From Phormidesmis sp. (GTDB lineage Bacteria > Cyanobacteriota > Cyanobacteriia > Leptolyngbyales > Leptolyngbyaceae), in the NCBI GenBank assembly GCA_965248535.1, contig CBDFJR010000005.1:480001-544000 (forward strand): a stretch of DNA of 64,000 nt, written 5' to 3'. This document shows positions 10,237 to 19,700 of this stretch, piece after piece. The notes below the pieces were generated by a model that saw only the letters and a list, made by a program, of their open reading frames with translations, did no database searches and was not told where the DNA came from. Within the stretch, counting starts at the first letter, position 1. Each line of letters starts with the position of its first letter. The translations under genes and the position numbers were made by a program.

Positions 10237-11298
10237 TTAGATTCGCTTGTCTAAAGCGCCACGCGTCATCACACGGGTTTGCATAGAGATAGGAACGTTG
10301 CTCGCGTTAAGCGGAAGCCCAGGTCTCCCGGCTGCGTTGCCTTGAAGGAAGATAGAAATCTCCTGGTTCAAGTTGCCGTTACTTTCGCCCCCTTTGACAC
10401 AAACATAAAAGCCTCTATTATTGCTTGATGTTGGCGTGAGCGTATATCCAGGAGCAGATGCAGTTGTGACAGGAGATGGACAAACTGCATCGGTAGCGGT
10501 ATTGGATAAGCCTGTTTGATCAACAAAATCGACGAGCACTTGGGTATTGCTGCTGTCAGACGTTGGAGTTTTGCTGACTCGATTGTCTACTTGCTTGGCA
10601 TCAAGAGGCCAAGTCATAAAAGAGACATCACCCCCGGCCGGAAAAAGCCAGCCCGGTGTCGTGTCAGTGGCAGCAGATGCGCTGTAGGCATATTGAGGCA
10701 GTTGATAGCGCTTAAGCCTGGCTCTACCGCTCCAAGTATTGCTAGGGTTCCAGTCTAAGGAATAAACAACTAGCGTATACATTCGTCGAGAGACGCAGGG
10801 AATATTACTAATCGGGGCAAGCGCTGTCGTTTGCTTTGCCGTGTCTGTCTCAGAGAATGCCCCGGCATTAGCTTTGCAAAGCGCGTCAATTTTGGGAGGT
10901 AGCGGATCGACCCGCCAAAACGCAAGCACTGGGAGATTATTAGTTCCGGGGTCAGGGAGGTAACTGGGTTTGAGTAAGCCATTGCACGCCGCACTGCCCG
11001 ATGGATAGCTATAAGAGCTACTCGTTAAACAGTTGCCATCATAGACGTAGACCGCCTCACGCAGATCACGCCCAATATAGTCGAGAGCCATCTGCATTTC
11101 GCGCTGGGTGTCACTGCGAGCAGATTCTCGCTGACTGGTCTGCAATAGCTGCACCACCAAAAAGAGCAAAATGCTGGTGATGATGCCCCCAATAAACATG
11201 GCAACTAAAAGTTCTACCAGCGTAAACCCTGCTGACTTACGACGCTTAGAAGATCCGTGGAGACGCTGACTTCCTTGTTTAAACCATTTTCTAGCCAT
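10237..11298 (-). CDS. hpsC: PilW-like minor pilin, HpsC-like
   Basis: AG|FTLVELLV, ALDYIGRDLREAVYVY, PVLAFW; third gene of the hpsA-type operon; symbol based on position and recalled motifs. Confidence 0.75.
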   Translation of the reverse strand: MARKWFKQGSQRLHGSSKRRKSAGFTLVELLVAMFIGGIITSILLFLVVQLLQTSQRESARSDTQREMQMALDYIGRDLREAVYVYDGNCLTSSSYSYPSGSAACNGLLKPSYLPDPGTNNLPVLAFWRVDPLPPKIDALCKANAGAFSETDTAKQTTALAPISNIPCVSRRMYTLVVYSLDWNPSNTWSGRARLKRYQLPQYAYSASAATDTTPGWLFPAGGDVSFMTWPLDAKQVDNRVSKTPTSDSSNTQVLVDFVDQTGLSNTATDAVCPSPVTTASAPGYTLTPTSSNNRGFYVCVKGGESNGNLNQEISIFLQGNAAGRPGLPLNASNVPISMQTRVMTRGALDKRI

Positions 11299-11356
11299 TG
11301 TTTTTCAACCTGATTCGAGCCTTCTGATTGTGTGTAAACAAGTGAGGTAAGAACCT

Positions 11357-12157
11357 CTAGCATTGTCCGGCAAGGGAATTGGGGCACAGCTTCCTGTAGA
11401 GGTCTAAGTTTTTGCTGGCATTGCTGCGAACGATCGTAGAGTATTGAACCGCCAGAGGGCGAGTCAATTGGTTACCAAGCCCATTCGTGCCTTTTAAGCT
11501 GGCTTGCTCTGATAGACCCTTGCCAGCTTTTAAGTTGGGTTCGGCAACGATCGAGTAAACCCTAACCCCCATCACAAATCCATCGGGGGCCACACCCGTA
11601 GCGGGAACCTTTCCGTCACTATCCAACCCAGTGCTGCGAAAGGTTTGGATCAAGAAGTTAGCTTTGCAGTCTTTAGAATCTTCAGGATTGGGATCGGTGT
11701 TAATTCCTACATATTTGTCAATACTGGTGGGTGACTTGCCATCATCTCGATTGCTACAGCGGGGGTTTACGGTCACCACGTTGCCGTCTTTGGGAGTCGT
11801 GGGAGCAGCCACGCTAGCGCCCCGCAGATTGGTTGTCCCCGCGTCAGGAGGGAGTAGATTGAGCGAGGTGACTTGCCCTTGATCAACAAGCGTGCGGACG
11901 CGATCGATTTCACCCTGAGCAATCTGTAGGGCTTGTTCAGATCGGCGATTTTGAACACGGGTGCCCGTGGCCCAAAAAACTGGGGGGGCAATGCTGACCA
12001 GCGTGATTGCCACTACCACGATCGCCACCAACCCTTCGATCAGGGTTAGACCCTGATCCGATCGTCGGCTAGAGGCTGCCATTGTTTGGGTCAGACTCAA
12101 GCTGAGTCTGAGGGCAAAACCGGGAGCAAGCCGTTTTTTTATCGGTGTTTGTGACAT
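11357..12157 (-). CDS. hpsB: PilV-like minor pilin, HpsB-like
   Basis: QG|LTLIEGLVAIVV, TRVQNRRSEQALQIAQGEIDRVR; start moved to ATG 12157 (AGGAG RBS, removes the overlap with hpsA); ATG 12082 is an alternative. Confidence 0.75.
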   Translation of the reverse strand: MSQTPIKKRLAPGFALRLSLSLTQTMAASSRRSDQGLTLIEGLVAIVVVAITLVSIAPPVFWATGTRVQNRRSEQALQIAQGEIDRVRTLVDQGQVTSLNLLPPDAGTTNLRGASVAAPTTPKDGNVVTVNPRCSNRDDGKSPTSIDKYVGINTDPNPEDSKDCKANFLIQTFRSTGLDSDGKVPATGVAPDGFVMGVRVYSIVAEPNLKAGKGLSEQASLKGTNGLGNQLTRPLAVQYSTIVRSNASKNLDLYRKLCPNSLAGQC

Positions 12158-12170
12158 GTCAGGCTCCTGA

Positions 12171-15100
12171 TTAGCTAGGACAGTTGACTTTAGTGGGATC
12201 ATTGGGGCCGAACTTCTTATCTGTGATGGTCTTGGCAGCTTTGCAAAGCAAGCTGATGTAAGCATCATTGACAGGAGGTTCGGTATAAAACTCGTTGCGG
12301 CTCTTGCTAGACGTGACAAATCGAGTAGCAGCCGGGCCTGCTGGGCTTAGTTGCAGACCTACGTCATAACCCCAAAGTCGATTGGGTGCGTTGTAGTAGT
12401 GGAGGTTTTCTTTGGTCAAGTCTACCGGATCACCAATCTCCCAGGCTTCTAGCTCAAACGGGGCAGTTCCGTAGTTGCTAAAACTAAGCTGTAAGAAAGA
12501 GCCACTGAAGTTCAGTGGAGTATTACTCCAAGACTCAAGGAACCGCGGGAAGTTGTGCAACCCCCCATAGGATTGACCCTTGCGAGATGGAACAATGCCA
12601 CTTACCACAATGGTGTTGACCCTAGTCTGCTTGGCTGACATCAGCAATGTTCTGTCGTTGCTTTCTCCGATCGGGTAGTAACCATCAGTGTATTTAGTCC
12701 CGTAAACTACAGGGCGGGGTAATGCGGGCTGTGAGGTGTTAACACCTGTCGGTTGGGGAGCTTGAATCAGAGGCTGACCTGCGCGGGAAATCTTGATCGG
12801 TGAGGTGAAATCAGCCCAATAGTTGGCGGCAGCGTTGGCATTTCGCTGGGGCAAGGTTGCGTTAGAGGAATTTTCGCGCACCCAATCCCAACTTACATTG
12901 GTGGTGATGGGCAGGGCCTTGCGAGCAATATCACGATTGTGGAAAGACGTGTAGCCATTGCCCGTGCAGCCGGGGCCAAATAGCCCAGACTTGGTAGGGT
13001 CGCCATATTGAGCGCGAGGATTGCTCCGGTTAGCATCATCACTACCCAGAAGGCTAAAATCGGCGATCGGGTTTGCCGCCGTTTTGCTTAAATCGGGGAT
13101 GACGAAGGTGTCAGCAATGCTGCCATCGCAGAAGTCACTTGAAAGGACACCGATGCTATCGGCCAAAACTTCAGAAGGTCTCCATCGGTCTTTAAGGGGA
13201 GCCGAGAAGTTGTCATAGTTAGTGGTTGTGCGGTTATAGAATTGGCTCTCGTTATATAGCTGGGTGTCGGGCAACTGTTGAGTAAATTCTTCTAACCGCT
13301 TGCCTGCTGTGTCTTCTGAGCCATCTTGATGGAGATTAAAATCTCCTTGAATAAAGACAGGCTGGTCAGTGAAGAAGGACAACCCGCGAATATTTTTGGA
13401 CGCTTCTAGGAGAGAGTCTTTACGTTTGAGTTCTGAGCCGTTCCGCAATCGGAAGCCATGAGTGCGGCGCTCAGGGTCAGGTCGATAGTCTACTGCTTTA
13501 GGTGAAATCCCACTTTTGAATGGAGGATCGGTGGGTTTTGCTGGGTTTCGCAAGTCTGTGTCTGTGCCAACAGGACGAGTGATGGCATCTTCGCGAACCG
13601 CATCTTCGCGGAACGCATAGACAATGCCGCTTTCAGGCAACCAGACATCGGTTGTTCCCGTGACCCCACTGCTGCGAAGCATTCCTAAATCAATATCCAT
13701 TGACCGGGTTAACATCACCTGGCGACCATCTAAGAAAGCACGATCGAGGAAGGGAACTGCAATCTTAGTCGTGCCATCGGTTGACACGATGAGGTTGGGC
13801 GAAATGTTAGGGCCGCCGCTGACAGGTGCGACATCTGTGGTCTTCGGCGTGGTGTAGGGAAGCTTCCAACTGCTTAACGGTTGTGGGGTGAGGGCAATGT
13901 CTGACCCCAGGGTATAGTCAGGAACCGGGAAAGGAGTCGTAGCGGCGTAGGGGTAGCTGCTGAGTACAGGCGTTGTGCTAGCTGCCGCCGCAGTAGGTGT
14001 AGCTGGTGAGACATTTAGTAAAGAATCAGGCGTTCTAGGGAGCGGTGAACTGCCTACCACCTTAAACGTCACACCTCCATTAACCGTAGCACCAGCAACA
14101 TAGCTATCCTTGACATAGGGTTCTTGATCGCTTACGGCTCTGCTGTCGCTGCTGGCCAGAATATCCGCAGGTGTTAGAGCAGCTAGAACCGCACTCTTTA
14201 AGACAGATCCGGGTTGCCTGTGGTCATAGAGCGGGATTCCTGGCAGTCCCACGCCTGTCGCAGGCTCTAGGGCACCTGCCAAACCGTGATCTTTTTCTGG
14301 AAAGATATAGTAGAGGGCAGGAAACTTAGGAAGAACCCATGCCATTTTAGCGGGAACATCAGGATTGTAGTTAGTGGTGTCTATTGCACCACACAGACGA
14401 GAGAGGGCTAGTCGATATCGACCTTCATTAGTCCCTGCTCCGGCAGCCGGCCCGGTTTTACCCGGATCATTGGGTAGAGCAGCAAACTTAAAATCGTCCG
14501 GGTTGCAAGCCGATGGCAGGGTGTATTCAATCAGGCTGCCGTTTGAGCCTGTGCCGGATGCCCGACCAACATAAGAGCCAAAGGCAGGAGAAGAGCGGAA
14601 ACCAAACGCCCGATCGCGCCGAATCTGATATTTCAGCATGATTAGCTCTGCCATTCTCACCCTCGAATCATTGAGCGTTTTGGCTAACGCCTCTTGATAG
14701 GGAAATTTGGGTATATTTTCCTCTTTCAAAATCTTTTGCTTTAGGGCACCAATCCAAGCTTCTGGAGGAACGTCTGCATAATCTGTCCCTTTGTTTAGTC
14801 CGTTAATTCCCGTTCGTGCACTGCTGGGGTCATACTCTCTACTGGCTAGTTGACCCTTTGGCACAACCTCTCCATTAAGCTCGTCGCCATCCATTAGATC
14901 CTGAAGGGTCTTAGCTAGCTGGGTTAAGACAGTTGTGTTGTTGCCAACGTAGTCGTAGTCATTCTTCACGTTGGTCGGATCAAACCTTTGAATTTGATCA
15001 ATGTTGTAGGCTAAGACCCCGATCGTGCAAGAAGCCGTTTGCAGGTAAGTTTTATCGGCAATGCTCAGGTCTGCGTAGGCCGTGCCCGCCGTGAGCTTGC

Positions 15101-17384
15101 CTAACACCCGTCGCAGGTTAGAATAATTTCCCCACATACTCAGGGCTGGGTAGGGGTGAACGACATTGGTGTTAGTCGGCGCGAGGGGAAACACCCCATC
15201 TGGGTCGCCCGCGAAATTAGCCAGGTTTTGCAGGGCAGTCCGCAGAGGGCTGCTCGCCGTGTTCATCGCACTCGCAAACTGAGCCGCACTGCCACTAGGA
15301 GCCGAAAACTCCCACCCATTGGTGCCTTGCCCTGTAAAGAAATTAGATTGCAGCAGGGGCAACTTGTTGCCTGCCGCCCCATCCGCAAACTGAGTCGGCT
15401 GAAAGTTGATCGACTGATAAAGAGTTGAAAGCGTGCCAGGATGAACCGTGCTGGTCATACAAGCGACCGGATAATCTTGATCCTTGGCTGAGTGGTAAAC
15501 AGCCGTTGCCTGCACGGCCGATAGATTATCTCTGAGAGTGCGGCGCTGTAGGTCTAGATGCTTCAATTTTTGGCCATCTGCATCTGTCTTGCTGATTGGG
15601 TAAGGCGCGATCGTCGGCGGATAAAGCGGATCACCTTCTCGCTCGTCAGTTGAGGCAATATTGCCTGATCCTAAAACCTCCACATAATCGGGGTTAGTAG
15701 TTCCTCCATTAGGGGTCACCCAAGTATTGAGGTTGCCTAGCTCTAGCCGTTCACCCACCAAAATTCGTAAGCCCTGGTTTCTGGCTCGACGCTCCCAATA
15801 GCCGTCTAAACCGACAGCGCTTCCCGTGCTTCCGGGGGCGTTGTCATCCTTCAAGGTCAGAATTAAATTTTCAGTGCTGACAGGAATCTCCTTACCCATG
15901 TCTCCGACGGGCACCTGCCTAGCATCGTCGCCTGTGCCATATTTGGGCTTAGGGCCCCAGCGATCGTCGGCGCGATACAAGTCATCGACATAAGGCTTGT
16001 CTTGAGTCTTTGAGATGATGCGATCGGCTAACCCTGGGGTTTTTAAGTTCGACCAGTTGTCTGGGTTGCCCGCAGCTTTGTCAGACCGATATTGATAGTC
16101 ATCTTTGACCAGAATCGCGGTGGGATCGATCGAAACATCGTAAGGAGTAAACCCACTAGCCGCAGAGTCAGTGCTGCTGTCTAAAGGCTTTGCCCCACCG
16201 ATGGGGTTGGTGCCATAGATGTAGATGTTGGCGCTACCACTGTTCTGGTTGTCTCCCATCTTGCCCGCGATCACCGAACCCTTAAAAGTAGGCGAATCAG
16301 TGACTGTGATCCCAGAGTTGTCAGCAGGGCTATAGAGACACGACGAAGGAGCGCTAATCAAGTGAGCAGTGAAGCTGGTGCCCCCCAGCAGCAGGCTGCC
16401 CTCAGTGTGCATTGCCCCGTTCCAGTTAAAGGGCGGGCCTGGGAAGACCTCTAGATCGTTACGGAACCAAGCACCCCACTTATTGCCTCGATTGAGTTGA
16501 CGGTCTTGATGAAACTCTAGAGTCACCGCCGTTGAATTTGCCTGATCGGGGATGACCATCGCATCCACCTGAAAGTTTTTCCGAAGAATCGACGTGTTGC
16601 CCCCTCGATCCTCAAACCATCCATTTTCAGCACCGCCAGCACCAGAACCGCACTTAACCGCGTTTGACTCTTTACTCAGCGGGCCGTGCCGAACGAATAA
16701 CTGCTTTGCTTTGTCTGTGTCTGATAGCGTCAGTAAAAGCTCTTGGGGGTTTTTGGTCTTGTCTTTTGCATCAATGGGGCTGCTGAAAATAACGGAGTAA
16801 ATGACGGTTGCGTCTGACGTGCCATCTCCGTTGGTGTCGGTGCGGAACGACCAAGCATTATCTTTTCTGCCGTCGCTATTTAAGTCAACTCGATTTTCGT
16901 CGGGCAGTTGATAAGGATCGATGGAAGCGCCACTTTGATCTTTAGTTAACAACTGGGCAAAGGTTGCTCCTGTCGAGTCTTTGCCATCGTTGAGCAGCAT
17001 CGATAGCAGGCGACCCTCGTTAGGCACACCACCGGGGTAGCGGTTTTCTTTAGAGGCATCAAACAAAAACTCTAGCTTGGAGCGGGCCCGATCGATGGCC
17101 GGGGTCGCCGCGTTATAGATGATGCGCTGCTGATTTTGCCCGATCACCTGAGCGTTGCGATTATAAGCTCGGTAGGTCAGCGCTCCGACGGTGAGCGTGA
17201 CGACCAAAACCAGCAAGACGGTCGTTGGCAAAACAAAGCCAGAGTTGGCAAGCCTGGCCCCTCGATTGTTTTTTAAGGCACTTCGGAGAAGCCAATTAAC
17301 TAGCCCCTTGGTCACAGTTTGGTGAAGCTTCCCAATAGCGCGGAAGAGACCCTGAATTGCTTTAGCGAGTTTGCGATTTGACAT
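12171..17384 (-). CDS. hpsA: Giant PilX/GspK-type pilin-like protein, HpsA family (1737 aa)
   Basis: Basic leader then SG|FVLPT (no Glu5), PAIDRARSKL, NKWGAWFRNDLE, DGYWERRA, GGLHNFPRFLE, RLWGYDVGLQ blocks recalled from cyanobacterial HpsA. Confidence 0.85.
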   Translation of the reverse strand: MSNRKLAKAIQGLFRAIGKLHQTVTKGLVNWLLRSALKNNRGARLANSGFVLPTTVLLVLVVTLTVGALTYRAYNRNAQVIGQNQQRIIYNAATPAIDRARSKLEFLFDASKENRYPGGVPNEGRLLSMLLNDGKDSTGATFAQLLTKDQSGASIDPYQLPDENRVDLNSDGRKDNAWSFRTDTNGDGTSDATVIYSVIFSSPIDAKDKTKNPQELLLTLSDTDKAKQLFVRHGPLSKESNAVKCGSGAGGAENGWFEDRGGNTSILRKNFQVDAMVIPDQANSTAVTLEFHQDRQLNRGNKWGAWFRNDLEVFPGPPFNWNGAMHTEGSLLLGGTSFTAHLISAPSSCLYSPADNSGITVTDSPTFKGSVIAGKMGDNQNSGSANIYIYGTNPIGGAKPLDSSTDSAASGFTPYDVSIDPTAILVKDDYQYRSDKAAGNPDNWSNLKTPGLADRIISKTQDKPYVDDLYRADDRWGPKPKYGTGDDARQVPVGDMGKEIPVSTENLILTLKDDNAPGSTGSAVGLDGYWERRARNQGLRILVGERLELGNLNTWVTPNGGTTNPDYVEVLGSGNIASTDEREGDPLYPPTIAPYPISKTDADGQKLKHLDLQRRTLRDNLSAVQATAVYHSAKDQDYPVACMTSTVHPGTLSTLYQSINFQPTQFADGAAGNKLPLLQSNFFTGQGTNGWEFSAPSGSAAQFASAMNTASSPLRTALQNLANFAGDPDGVFPLAPTNTNVVHPYPALSMWGNYSNLRRVLGKLTAGTAYADLSIADKTYLQTASCTIGVLAYNIDQIQRFDPTNVKNDYDYVGNNTTVLTQLAKTLQDLMDGDELNGEVVPKGQLASREYDPSSARTGINGLNKGTDYADVPPEAWIGALKQKILKEENIPKFPYQEALAKTLNDSRVRMAELIMLKYQIRRDRAFGFRSSPAFGSYVGRASGTGSNGSLIEYTLPSACNPDDFKFAALPNDPGKTGPAAGAGTNEGRYRLALSRLCGAIDTTNYNPDVPAKMAWVLPKFPALYYIFPEKDHGLAGALEPATGVGLPGIPLYDHRQPGSVLKSAVLAALTPADILASSDSRAVSDQEPYVKDSYVAGATVNGGVTFKVVGSSPLPRTPDSLLNVSPATPTAAAASTTPVLSSYPYAATTPFPVPDYTLGSDIALTPQPLSSWKLPYTTPKTTDVAPVSGGPNISPNLIVSTDGTTKIAVPFLDRAFLDGRQVMLTRSMDIDLGMLRSSGVTGTTDVWLPESGIVYAFREDAVREDAITRPVGTDTDLRNPAKPTDPPFKSGISPKAVDYRPDPERRTHGFRLRNGSELKRKDSLLEASKNIRGLSFFTDQPVFIQGDFNLHQDGSEDTAGKRLEEFTQQLPDTQLYNESQFYNRTTTNYDNFSAPLKDRWRPSEVLADSIGVLSSDFCDGSIADTFVIPDLSKTAANPIADFSLLGSDDANRSNPRAQYGDPTKSGLFGPGCTGNGYTSFHNRDIARKALPITTNVSWDWVRENSSNATLPQRNANAAANYWADFTSPIKISRAGQPLIQAPQPTGVNTSQPALPRPVVYGTKYTDGYYPIGESNDRTLLMSAKQTRVNTIVVSGIVPSRKGQSYGGLHNFPRFLESWSNTPLNFSGSFLQLSFSNYGTAPFELEAWEIGDPVDLTKENLHYYNAPNRLWGYDVGLQLSPAGPAATRFVTSSKSRNEFYTEPPVNDAYISLLCKAAKTITDKKFGPNDPTKVNCPS

Positions 17385-17815
17385 AGCTGCTGTTTTTGCA
17401 GAAAAAGTGCGAGTTCAGAAATCCAGTCTTTAATCAATCGAGGGGCGATCGCGGGAGAAAATCATATTCAAAATCTTAGAGCAGGCAATAGACCTAATCT
17501 GGGGTCAATTCTTAACTGCTGTCGAGTTGACCAATGATTTAGAGGAGTTGATCAAAACTCCTTAGAAAATTGGCTCGTCTTTATTAGTGTCTTGATAAGG
17601 TGAGGAGATCGTCAACCGAGAACCTACGCGCTTAACTGGTCGATCGGGCTGGAGCGCCTTCAAACGAATTTTACGGCTTTTGATCATGACGAGCGAAAGA
17701 TTCAGACGCGCATGAGTTTGAACTAGATGACAACCCTTCATGAAGGGCGTTACTTTGCAGACATCATACAAGCCTGAATTTGGTTTTTAAAGTTTCCGTG
17801 AGGTTGGGATGGAAC

Positions 17816-17825
17816 AATATTACCC
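17816..17825 (-). promoter_or_regulatory. Candidate SigF/SigJ-type promoter element (GGGTAATATT) upstream of hpsA
   Basis: Contains GGGTAA and fits GGGnAnnnT; about 430 nt upstream of the hpsA start. Confidence 0.3.
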
Positions 17826-17898
17826 ACGACGCTCGAAAGAGCCATCATTTTGCAAAAAATATTTTAATGACTAGATTCATAATCCTGAAAATACAGCA

Positions 17899-17933
17899 AA
17901 GCTAGGGTGATTGATGGTCTATCACCCTAGCTT
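17899..17933 (-). terminator. Terminator hairpin downstream of rpmB
   Basis: Perfect 13-bp inverted repeat AAGCTAGGGTGAT/ATCACCCTAGCTT about 20 nt past the stop codon. Confidence 0.75.
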
Positions 17934-17952
17934 CATTGAGAAGATTTTTTGT

Positions 17953-18189
17953 CTATAGACGGCTTAAGTCAATCCCAGCTTCTTTAGCGAAAGTGCTGAG
18001 GCTCTTTAGTTCTAGAGTTTTAATTGCCTTAGTAGAAAGGCGCAACTTGATCCAGCGCTTGCCTTCTGCCCACCAAACCCGCTTCCACTGTAAGTTAACT
18101 TCCTGTAATTTTTTGGTGCGGCGGTGCGAGTGGGAGACAGCCATGCCATTGTTTGCCTGTTTTCCCGTCAGTTGACATTTGCGTGACAT
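17953..18189 (-). CDS. rpmB: 50S ribosomal protein L28
   Basis: [32 protein letters not shown]; true start ATG 18189 (78 aa) with GGAG RBS. Confidence 0.97.
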   Translation of the reverse strand: MSRKCQLTGKQANNGMAVSHSHRRTKKLQEVNLQWKRVWWAEGKRWIKLRLSTKAIKTLELKSLSTFAKEAGIDLSRL

Positions 18190-18271
18190 ATTAACGTCTC
18201 CGAGTGCTTTGATTGCGATTTCGTGCAGTTCTTCATTGTATACATACCGGGGGCTAGCTAAGAAGAAAAAA

Positions 18272-19540
18272 CTAAGCCGCCGCCGCAGTGAGGGCCCGAT
18301 CGACCGATTGCAACGCCCGATCGACCTCTTCACTAGTGACAATCAGCGGCGGCACAAAGCGCAGCACTTTGGGGCCCGCAGGCACTAACAGAACACCCTC
18401 AAGCATGGCCACTTTGACAATATCGCCTGAAGTTAGGGCAACATCTTCGGCTAGCTCCATGCCGTTGATCAAGCCCCAGCCGCGCACATCAGCCACCAGA
18501 CTCGGAAACTTTTTGGCTAGATTTTGTAGACCTGCTCGAAGCTGTTCGCCGCGATCGCGCACATTTTCCAAAATATTCTCTTCCTCCAACGTGTGGCAAA
18601 CCGCCAAAGCCACAGCGCAGGCAAAAGGGTTGCCGCCAAAGGTGCTGGCGTGATCTCCTGGTTTAAACACGTCGCAGAACGACTTGCAGAGCAGGGCCCC
18701 GATCGGGATGCCACCGCCTAAGCCCTTCGCAGAGGTGAAGACATCTGGTTCGATGCCCAAATTCTCATAGCCCCAGAGGTGCCCGGTGCGCCCCATACCG
18801 ACCTGCACTTCATCCATCATCAACAAGATTCCGGTTTGATCGCAGATCTCACGAACTCGTTTGAAATAAGCAAGATCACCCGGACGCACCCCGCCTTCGC
18901 CTTGAAGACCTTCTAATAAAATGGCGGCAACCTGGCGCTGGTCGCGATCGAGGTCAGCAATAGTTGCTTCAAGGGCTGCAATGTCGTTGTAGGGGACGTA
19001 GTGAAACCCAGACACCAGCGGCGTAAAGTTTTTCTGATATTTGGGCTGCCCGGTGGCCGTGACCGTAGCCAGGGTGCGACCGTGAAAGCTGGCGTGAGCC
19101 GTTAAGATGATGGGATTCTCAATGTTGAGAACCGTGTGGGCATATTTTCGGGCTAGCTTAATCGCGCCCTCATTGGCTTCTGCACCAGAATTGCAGAAAA
19201 AAGCGCGATCGGCGCAAGAGTGCTCGACCAGCCACTTGGCCAGCTCACCCTGTTGGGGAATGTAGTAAAGATTAGAGACGTGGTGTAAGGTTTGAATCTG
19301 CCGGGTGACGGCTGCAACCATTGCAGGGTGAGCATGGCCCAGCGTGCAGGTGGCGATTCCGGCCACAAAATCGAGATATTCACGCCCCTGATCATCCCAC
19401 ACTCGACAGCCTGACCCTCGCTCTAACGTTAGGGGAAAACGTCCGTAAGTGGTCATCACATAATCATCAAACTCAGCCTGGCTAAACGGTGCGGCGAGTG
19501 AAGGAATTGTGGCAGGGCTAACGAGGGTTTCTGGACTCAC
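18272..19540 (-). CDS. argD: Acetylornithine aminotransferase (class III PLP)
   Basis: [49 protein letters not shown]. Confidence 0.93.
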   Translation of the reverse strand: MSPETLVSPATIPSLAAPFSQAEFDDYVMTTYGRFPLTLERGSGCRVWDDQGREYLDFVAGIATCTLGHAHPAMVAAVTRQIQTLHHVSNLYYIPQQGELAKWLVEHSCADRAFFCNSGAEANEGAIKLARKYAHTVLNIENPIILTAHASFHGRTLATVTATGQPKYQKNFTPLVSGFHYVPYNDIAALEATIADLDRDQRQVAAILLEGLQGEGGVRPGDLAYFKRVREICDQTGILLMMDEVQVGMGRTGHLWGYENLGIEPDVFTSAKGLGGGIPIGALLCKSFCDVFKPGDHASTFGGNPFACAVALAVCHTLEEENILENVRDRGEQLRAGLQNLAKKFPSLVADVRGWGLINGMELAEDVALTSGDIVKVAMLEGVLLVPAGPKVLRFVPPLIVTSEEVDRALQSVDRALTAAAA

Positions 19541-19700
19541 AGATTTAATCCTTAAAGGCGAGGGGGAACTGGTGAAAACAGGAAGCGTGATTTGAGTTCT
19601 AATCAGTAGAACCTTTGCTCAGTTTAGTTGAAGAACCTCAGAAGCGGAAACGGTTTGTTGGGAATTGATGACGTTTGAGGAGTGGTGAGGGTGCAGGGCA

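Noticed and set aside
12158..12319. Long N-terminus of the hpsB-like ORF
   Set aside because: Overlaps the hpsA 3' end; an RBS-supported ATG lies at 12157
17562..17771. 69-aa ORF upstream of hpsA
   Set aside because: TTG start, no clear RBS, no motif; more likely leader sequence
18190..18342. N-terminal extension of the rpmB ORF in the track
   Set aside because: Overlaps argD; the L28 sequence begins at ATG 18189 with its own RBS
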